Shown here: positions 57,763 to 64,000 of the stretch, piece by piece
Layout: each line of letters starts with the position of its first letter
Position numbering within the stretch: the stretch's first letter is position 1
Origin: Candidatus Hermodarchaeum yapensis
Lineage (GTDB): Archaea > Asgardarchaeota > Hermodarchaeia > Hermodarchaeales > Hermodarchaeaceae
Reading direction: 5' to 3'
Length of the DNA: 64,000 nt
Assembly (NCBI GenBank): GCA_016840405.1
Contig: JAEOSK010000004.1
Span: 49,174-113,173, forward strand
The notes under the pieces: model-generated
What the model saw: only the letters and a program-made list of their open reading frames with translations
Database searches by the model: none
Told to the model about the DNA's origin: nothing
Program-made: the position numbers and the translations under genes

Positions 57763-59094
57763 TCAGGAATGCTGCCTTAGATGTGTTGCTGGAACAGGTC
57801 TCCCGTGGATAATTTTCTCTAAGGTTCCGGGTTGACGAATATCCGTGATGAGAACCTCACAATCATCGGGTAGGCCCTTGAAAATTTCATCAAGTTTTCC
57901 CCGCATTCCTTCGGTGACATCTGCTGCTTCACTGGAAGCACCAACCGCGATTTCGTTAAAGATCACATCTAGCGTGTCGGGTGTAATCAAATCAATACGT
58001 TTTGCGTCAGGGTGTTCCTTTGGGTCAGCAGAATATAGGCCATCAACATCAGTGGCAAAGACTACTTGTTTGGAATGTAGTAATCGTGCGAGATACATTG
58101 CAATTTGGTCACCACTGACGATAGTAAATCCTCTCACCGTATCCGCAACTACGTCCCCAGAGAGGATGGGGATGAAACGTTGCCGAAGAAACTCACGGAG
58201 AGCTTGGAGATCCATATGGGAGATACGTCCATCAATAGCTACAATAATCGACGATGACCGAATAGGCACTGCTGGTCGCCCCGTTTTCAAGAAGGCGCCA
58301 TGAATCAAGTGACCAAGCCTAGTCATCTCAGAGGCAGTTTTTGTAACCCCAATCTTCTTTTCCTGACTCCGACCACCCTTTCGGAGCTGATAGTCTTTTG
58401 CTAGAAAATGACCGAATGAACCCCCGCCATGAATAACAACGACAGGATGGGATTCAATTGCCACAATTTCTGAGATTAATTGTTGAATCGTTTCTATGCG
58501 TGGTGTCGAACGTTGTGTCTTATCCGAGATGACGCTTCCACCAAGTTTAATGATAATTGGGGGTTTTAGGGATGCGCGGTGTTTCCGTCGCCATTTTGGA
58601 CGCCAATTTCGCAGCTTAGTTGGCCAATTTTTCCACCCAGTCTTGGCATATCGTTCCCGATGTTCAAGATCATCTTGTATCCACTCAAGCTGCCGAAAGA
58701 ACCGTTCCTTCCCGCTTACACGAGGTATGTCCCGAATCCCCATCTGTCGTAATGATTCCACAAAATTGGCTTCAACAAGCTCCTGTAACTGGCCTTCGAT
58801 TTTTGTCGGAATAACCTCATACCCTTTAGCATTCAATCCCTCACGAACTCCATCAAGCACCACTCCCCGACATACTTGAATCGGTTCATCCAAGGTTACT
58901 CCTAAACAGTTGAAAGCTTCCAGAACCAGCTCCAATCCTCGGGCAAGAAAGGTTTTGTTATCAAAATTTGGTTCTTGAAAATGTACGACCTCAATCTCTT
59001 TCACGACGTATTCATTGGTATCCACTCGGAAGACACCTAAGAACACGCCTCCGACGGGGTCACCCCATCCGGCATCATCGACCTGGATGGTCAC
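57763..59094 (-). CDS. Fusion of an RNase-HII-like uncharacterised domain and isopentenyl-phosphate kinase
   Basis: N-terminal IQVDDAGWGDPVGG..VCRG..KIEGQLQ..KTGW; C-terminal IKLGGSVISDK, HGGGSFGH, GDVV, SGDQ, TDVDG, DVTEGMRGK. Confidence 0.85.
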   Translation of the reverse strand: MTIQVDDAGWGDPVGGVFLGVFRVDTNEYVVKEIEVVHFQEPNFDNKTFLARGLELVLEAFNCLGVTLDEPIQVCRGVVLDGVREGLNAKGYEVIPTKIEGQLQELVEANFVESLRQMGIRDIPRVSGKERFFRQLEWIQDDLEHRERYAKTGWKNWPTKLRNWRPKWRRKHRASLKPPIIIKLGGSVISDKTQRSTPRIETIQQLISEIVAIESHPVVVIHGGGSFGHFLAKDYQLRKGGRSQEKKIGVTKTASEMTRLGHLIHGAFLKTGRPAVPIRSSSIIVAIDGRISHMDLQALREFLRQRFIPILSGDVVADTVRGFTIVSGDQIAMYLARLLHSKQVVFATDVDGLYSADPKEHPDAKRIDLITPDTLDVIFNEIAVGASSEAADVTEGMRGKLDEIFKGLPDDCEVLITDIRQPGTLEKIIHGRPVPATHLRQHS

Positions 59095-59371
59095 GTCAAG
59101 AATTCACCTGCAGGGACCTACTGTCTTTTCAGCTTAAATATATCGCAAACATAATCTTCCATGCTCATCAAGAGTGTTTAGCGCCAATAAGTCACAATGA
59201 GCCAGTAATTTTGAAGATTAAAACCACGTTAGAATCTTCCAAAATGCCGACTTTAACCGAGGAAAAGTGATTTAGGGGATATGAGATTTTGTGTAACACC
59301 ACAGAATATGATTTAAATTTCCTCTCTTAACCCCATAGGTAGGAGAAGGTTACTGCAGAGAGCGACCCCCC

Positions 59372-59947
59372 ATGTCACTAAACGAACACACGTTCAAACT
59401 CGTTGTCATTGGGGACCCCATGGTCGGTAAAACAAGCATAATTAATCGATTTATCACAAAGACATTTAATCACGAATATTTGCAGACTCTCGGCACCCAA
59501 CTCAATTGCCATGAGGTAGTTGTAGGTGATGTGCTGATTCGATTAATCATCTGGGACCTGGCGGGACAACCGCGATTTGAGAGTGTGCGGAAGCTCTATT
59601 TTCTGGGGAGTGACGCGGTATTAGTCGTGTTTGATTTAACCCGGGCAGAGACTTTTGATAACATTGAGGGATGGTTACAAGCCTTTCGAACTGCAGTTCC
59701 GGATGAAGCACCAAGTGTTCTTGTGGGAAACAAAGTAGATTTGGATTCAAGACGGGTGATATCCAGGGCGGAGGCGTATCAACGGCACATCAATTTGGAA
59801 TTTGACAACTACTTTGAGTCGTCGGCTCGTTCGGGGGAAAATGTGGGAGAGCTGTTTGACCAGGTTACACGGTTGTTGATTTATAATCGGTTGGCGGAAC
59901 TTCGTGAACGTTTAACGCCTTTCATCTATTCATCATTCGCATCCTAA
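59372..59947 (+). CDS. Rab-like small GTPase
   Basis: GDPMVGKTS, QTLG, WDLAGQ, NKVD, ESSAR. Confidence 0.93.
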   Translation: MSLNEHTFKLVVIGDPMVGKTSIINRFITKTFNHEYLQTLGTQLNCHEVVVGDVLIRLIIWDLAGQPRFESVRKLYFLGSDAVLVVFDLTRAETFDNIEGWLQAFRTAVPDEAPSVLVGNKVDLDSRRVISRAEAYQRHINLEFDNYFESSARSGENVGELFDQVTRLLIYNRLAELRERLTPFIYSSFAS

Positions 59948-59974
59948 ACAAGAGGAAATGTTGAACAGCCTCGA

Positions 59975-61534
59975 CTATCGAGTTTTTATTTTGATGTTGA
60001 ACTTGTTTTCAACTGAGGATTTTTCCCCATGATAGTTGATGAGCCAGAGATTGGATTCTGGAAATTGTTCAGCACAGTCTAAATTACTCAGAGCATTCTC
60101 TTTATCTTTGTAGAGGCGTTTGAAATCAAATCTAGCAAGCTTCTTTGCTTGTTCACGCGTGTAGGGAATATCCCAGAGCTCAGAGTCCGAGTCATGGAAG
60201 ATGGCATCCATCAGTGTTATCTTTTCGAGGGTGGTTGTGAAAAAGCCCGCTTCAGTTGTGACTGGAACTGGACGCCCCCATTCCTGCAATTCATCGGCAA
60301 CAGCCAAGACAAACAGTAAAGGATATTTCTCAAAGGGGATTTTTCCTAATTCAGGAATGAAGTTATGTAGGGCAATTGCACGAGCAGCTTCGATTAATGG
60401 ACGATCCTCAGCTAGTTCCTTTTCTACGTGATCAGGTGATCCCAACGTTCGCAGAAGGGTAACTGCAGCCACAACTCCGTGATCCATTTTTGGACCTTTA
60501 ACCTCATAGAGGGGAGGTGGTTGATCTCCCGATGTGTACACAAAAACATCTTTGGATAACTCAGCACTTCCGAGCCCATTGTGGATGAGTGTTTGCCATG
60601 ATTTGGGTAGTCCTTTCGAGAGTATTTTCAGATAAGCTTCATTTCCCAAATGGGGGTTACTCAGGTCAATTCGTAAGGGCGAGATTTCCATATCCACAGA
60701 AGGATAACAGCGGAGCATCTCGTTTACCAGCGACCAGTTGACAGAGGTTACTAGCTTGGCAAGCGGTGTGCCAATATCATGAAGTAATCCTGCTAACCAC
60801 CAGGTCATCTCAGCCTCTTCTGGGTTAAAGTCCAAGTTCTCTTCCATTATTCCTCGTAATCCTCCGGAGGCTCCTGTCTTACTAAAGATATAATCACTTA
60901 GAACAGCTACTCGAAGAGAATGGGCTGTATGGTCACGGTAAAATTTTCGCACATTCATGAAGTACATTAACGCTTCAAATTCAGGCAACATTTGAATTAG
61001 GTTGAGTACCCCTTCATTAGTGACTCCTTGTTCTTTAGCAGCCTCAATTAATGCCTTAGCTAACGAGTCTGTGTTTGGGCCAAATAGTTTGAATGCAATG
61101 TTTTGTCCAACGGTATCGCCCATTTGATCTAATTCTTTGTCGAGTTGCGCGAGTCGCTCTTCAAGTTTTGATAGCTTTTCTTCTCGCTTCTTCTGTGCTT
61201 TTTCTTGTTTTTTCTGAGCAGCTTCCAGTTTTGCTTTAACACTCTTTTCTGTCTTCGCCAGTTCCGATTCTATCTTTCCTTTAACCAATGGTTCCAATTT
61301 ATCCCCAAGAGCATCGAGAATGTCGGACACCATTGGTTGGACAAAACTTGGAATACCCAGTTCTGCTTGCCCTTTTTTGGTGGTTAATGATCTGGCGATA
61401 TCTAATCCTGTTTGAATCTTCATCGAAAGATCCATGCCACCAGTTACTCCAGTAAGAAAATTAGAAAAACTTGAACTCGCATATCCAGCACGTTCAAGCA
61501 CCCAAGAATCGTTTATTAACAGCCGCTTAGTCAT
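59975..61534 (-). CDS. Coiled-coil plus HD-superfamily phosphohydrolase (HD-CE-like)
   Basis: YRDHTAHSLRV, LLHDIG, DHG, IALH, ADELQEWGRP; K/E-rich coiled coil at about aa 85-140. Confidence 0.8.
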   Translation of the reverse strand: MTKRLLINDSWVLERAGYASSSFSNFLTGVTGGMDLSMKIQTGLDIARSLTTKKGQAELGIPSFVQPMVSDILDALGDKLEPLVKGKIESELAKTEKSVKAKLEAAQKKQEKAQKKREEKLSKLEERLAQLDKELDQMGDTVGQNIAFKLFGPNTDSLAKALIEAAKEQGVTNEGVLNLIQMLPEFEALMYFMNVRKFYRDHTAHSLRVAVLSDYIFSKTGASGGLRGIMEENLDFNPEEAEMTWWLAGLLHDIGTPLAKLVTSVNWSLVNEMLRCYPSVDMEISPLRIDLSNPHLGNEAYLKILSKGLPKSWQTLIHNGLGSAELSKDVFVYTSGDQPPPLYEVKGPKMDHGVVAAVTLLRTLGSPDHVEKELAEDRPLIEAARAIALHNFIPELGKIPFEKYPLLFVLAVADELQEWGRPVPVTTEAGFFTTTLEKITLMDAIFHDSDSELWDIPYTREQAKKLARFDFKRLYKDKENALSNLDCAEQFPESNLWLINYHGEKSSVENKFNIKIKTR

Positions 61535-61717
61535 TTCCGTCCACTTGCTTCATCTTTTGTGTATTGACCATTACCTTCTTTCCTAATATCAGATTCGGTG
61601 AATGAAGTTTCAGATATTTGTAACTATTTCTGGAGAAGTTCGACTGAGTGTTGAAACCATCAAGTTTAAGACGTGGCTCTTCACAGAAAGCGATTGTATT
61701 CGTCATGAGGGGCTTTC

Positions 61718-62776
61718 ATGTCAAATGTCGATCAATCTTTACAATCTAGCCTCTCAGAACCATCTCTTACTGGCGCTATGAATCACCTTCAGTCACCGAG
61801 TGATTGGTTGGGGGAAGCATCCTTCGGTCAAGGATTACAGAGAAGCATCTCTTTGCTCAAACACCAGTTCCGCTGGTTTGTCCTAGTGTTCTTTATGGGT
61901 GGAATCCTCATAGCTGTTGCAGCGTTTCCCATAGCCGCGATTATCACCAATCTTAATACATTCATTTTGAATGAAATATTTGCAATACAACCAGATATTT
62001 TCTTACTGTTTAGTTTGCTAATGCAAAGTCTAGTTTTGGGACTGTTCCAGAATTTCATCATGTTATTTGGCGTCTTTGTCCTTAGTGTGAGTGCTGTGCA
62101 TCGTGTATTAAACACCGAACCAAGCTTACGTGTCTTGAAGAACCAACAAGAAGCTCTTCGTTTTCCCATCTTCAAAACGATTGCTGTGGGTCTCGTGTTT
62201 GCAACGATTTTGACACTGGCAGGTATTATCCCCTTTGTCGGGTTGGTTGTTTACGGACTTCTTTTCTTCGTTCCAATATTGCTGGTTCTTGAAAGTACTT
62301 CTATTGGTGGTGCGTTTTCATTAAGCGCTGGATTACGTCGCCGTCACTGGCAGCGAATCCTTGGAGCAATAGTGCTAGGCTACTTACTGGTTTTGTTCGC
62401 TGGAACCTTGGGTCAAACATTTTACCTAAACATTGAAGCTATAGCTACACTGTATGGAATTCCGTTAGGCGTACTTGGACCCGTTCTGCTTATTTTGTTA
62501 ACACAGTTCACCATTGCCATGGTAGCCCCTATTCCCCCCCTCTTTACGATTGCATTCTATGCTGGAGCGATGGGGGCACGCCGAGAGACGCAGCATAAGC
62601 AGTACATGCGTCGCATCCAGAGACAACAATGGGCTAAAGCTAGATTGATCTCTATTGACGAACAGCGTTCTGAGAGTGCTATGAATTGTCCCGAGTGTGG
62701 AACCCCAATACGGCTTGACACGCGATTTTGTACCCGTTGCGGAACCAAAATCGAAGATACGGGCAAATCATCTTAA
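61718..62776 (+). CDS. Membrane protein with C-terminal zinc ribbon
   Basis: About 6 TMs; CPECG..FCTRCG. Confidence 0.85.
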   Translation: MSNVDQSLQSSLSEPSLTGAMNHLQSPSDWLGEASFGQGLQRSISLLKHQFRWFVLVFFMGGILIAVAAFPIAAIITNLNTFILNEIFAIQPDIFLLFSLLMQSLVLGLFQNFIMLFGVFVLSVSAVHRVLNTEPSLRVLKNQQEALRFPIFKTIAVGLVFATILTLAGIIPFVGLVVYGLLFFVPILLVLESTSIGGAFSLSAGLRRRHWQRILGAIVLGYLLVLFAGTLGQTFYLNIEAIATLYGIPLGVLGPVLLILLTQFTIAMVAPIPPLFTIAFYAGAMGARRETQHKQYMRRIQRQQWAKARLISIDEQRSESAMNCPECGTPIRLDTRFCTRCGTKIEDTGKSS

Positions 62777-63390
62777 GAGAGGATAATTCGACGGGGAAGA
62801 AACTGCAAAATCAACGTTGCAGGTTCTGCTAGTATAGCAGGGACAACGGCTTCGACTCGATGAAATTCACGACCCCCAAAATCGGAAACAACCACGGCAT
62901 AACCCATTTGAGCAAATAGCACAGCTGCCTCATATTGAAATTTTAGAGCCTGTGCCGACTGTTTCACGCCACCTCGCATTCGCCCGAACAACCCCGAAGG
63001 ATCCACAACAAAAAGCACTGGAGGTTTACGCTTTGACGGAGTGCGCCGCTGTAAACGCATGAGCTCATTGAGGGCATGGTCTTCATCGAGAATCACTCGA
63101 AAATTAAGATTCTTATATTCTTGAACAGATTTCTTTGATTTTTGTTGAAGTAGTGTTTGGAGATAGACTTGTTTTATTCGCCGATGATAATCGAAGACAT
63201 GAACCTGCCGCTTAGTGAATACAAAATGACTAATCAGTTTATGGAGAAAAGGAAGGTAATCACTGTTTCCAGCATGGATTATGGTGAGGAAACTCCTTGC
63301 GTCCATTTGGGCCTGGGCTAGTGATTCAATGCAGGTTAATGCATTTTGATAGAGTTGTTGTTTCTCTGAAAGGGTCGATGGTAAAGACAT
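62773..63390 (-). CDS. Divergent RecA-fold protein lacking Walker A
   Basis: RecA-like strand order LTIIHA / VHVFD / VLFVVDP / AVVVSD / LILQF; no GxxxxGK[TS]. Confidence 0.55.
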   Translation of the reverse strand: MSLPSTLSEKQQLYQNALTCIESLAQAQMDARSFLTIIHAGNSDYLPFLHKLISHFVFTKRQVHVFDYHRRIKQVYLQTLLQQKSKKSVQEYKNLNFRVILDEDHALNELMRLQRRTPSKRKPPVLFVVDPSGLFGRMRGGVKQSAQALKFQYEAAVLFAQMGYAVVVSDFGGREFHRVEAVVPAILAEPATLILQFLPRRIILS

Positions 63391-63518
63391 TCAATCCAAT
63401 TTCCAAACACATCATCAGTCTGACGTCTTAATACTCTTTATTTCGATAAAACTAAAACATAAACACAATCCTCATATGAGCTCCATTCCCTCACTTATCT
63501 TATAAGGGACACTTTGCG

Positions 63519-63587
63519 TTAGGAGGAGCTTACAAGTCACCACCTATTTTCATAACACTTATAGAATGCGGTACAAGCTCCTCCTAA
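63519..63587. repeat. Perfect 13-bp inverted repeat with 43-nt spacer in a divergent intergenic region
   Basis: TTAGGAGGAGCTT (63519-63531) and AAGCTCCTCCTAA (63575-63587). Confidence 0.85.
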
Positions 63588-63601
63588 TCAGGTAGAAGAA
63601 G

Positions 63602-64000
63602 ATGGAGAACAGGAGGGATTCATCAAATCCTAAAAGGACAATGAGTTGTGCAGGATTTCTGACAATCACTGGTGTGTCATTGCTTTTTGAAACGAATCTG
63701 TATTGGGTATTTCAGGAACTTAATCGCTGGGCTGCTTCCCCTGAGGCTTGGATAGACCCTATTTATCCCCTATATCCTGTACCAATTAGTTGGATATTAA
63801 TCGGAATCGGCATAATATTGTTCATCAAACAAGCAACAAAGGCTTGGTCGCAAAAGGAGCAAAGAGAAGTCACTTACTGGGGAGTAGTAATAATTAGCGC
63901 AATGGTAATTGTAACTGGACTTATAGTGTTCTTCCTTCCTATTCTTTACATGCTGAGTCATCTGTTAAGGCTAATGTTGATTTCAAGTGGAGTGTTATTC
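63602..64000 (+). CDS. 5' part of a membrane protein running off the right edge
   Basis: ATG 63602, frame open for 133 codons to the window end, several hydrophobic segments. Confidence 0.7.
   Translation, partial: MENRRDSSNPKRTMSCAGFLTITGVSLLFETNLYWVFQELNRWAASPEAWIDPIYPLYPVPISWILIGIGIILFIKQATKAWSQKEQREVTYWGVVIISAMVIVTGLIVFFLPILYMLSHLLRLMLISSGVLF

Noticed and set aside
1-64000. CRISPR arrays, rRNA, SRP RNA, RNase P RNA, intact transposases or integrases
   Set aside because: No regularly spaced repeats or diagnostic conserved motifs were seen by eye

Overview
Gene-dense archaeal chromosomal segment, most likely from an Asgard archaeon. The assignment is inferred from TBP, geranylgeranyl reductase, isopentenyl-phosphate kinase, hdrABC, an MtrH homologue, two Rab-like GTPases, a longin-like/Arf-like GTPase fusion and a WD40 propeller. 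It holds about 55 credible CDSs, mostly metabolism, transport, DNA repair and regulation. I found no rRNA, canonical tRNA, CRISPR array or intact mobile element. The strongest unexplained signals are non-coding: a ~210-nt multi-stem element with its own TATA box at 45.1-45.36 kb, a ~160-nt rod-like fold at 4.83-4.99 kb, a decayed tnpB/IS200-IS605 right end at 6.1-6.25 kb, a duplicated ~115-bp promoter block with a palindrome flanking the aldo-keto reductase gene, and a structured csp leader. Protein-level oddities include an RNase-H-like domain fused to isopentenyl-phosphate kinase, two RecA-fold proteins lacking Walker A, a coiled-coil HD phosphohydrolase, and a long coiled-coil/wHTH protein next to an E1-like enzyme and SufS. 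All family calls come from motif recognition by eye, and all folds were paired by hand.
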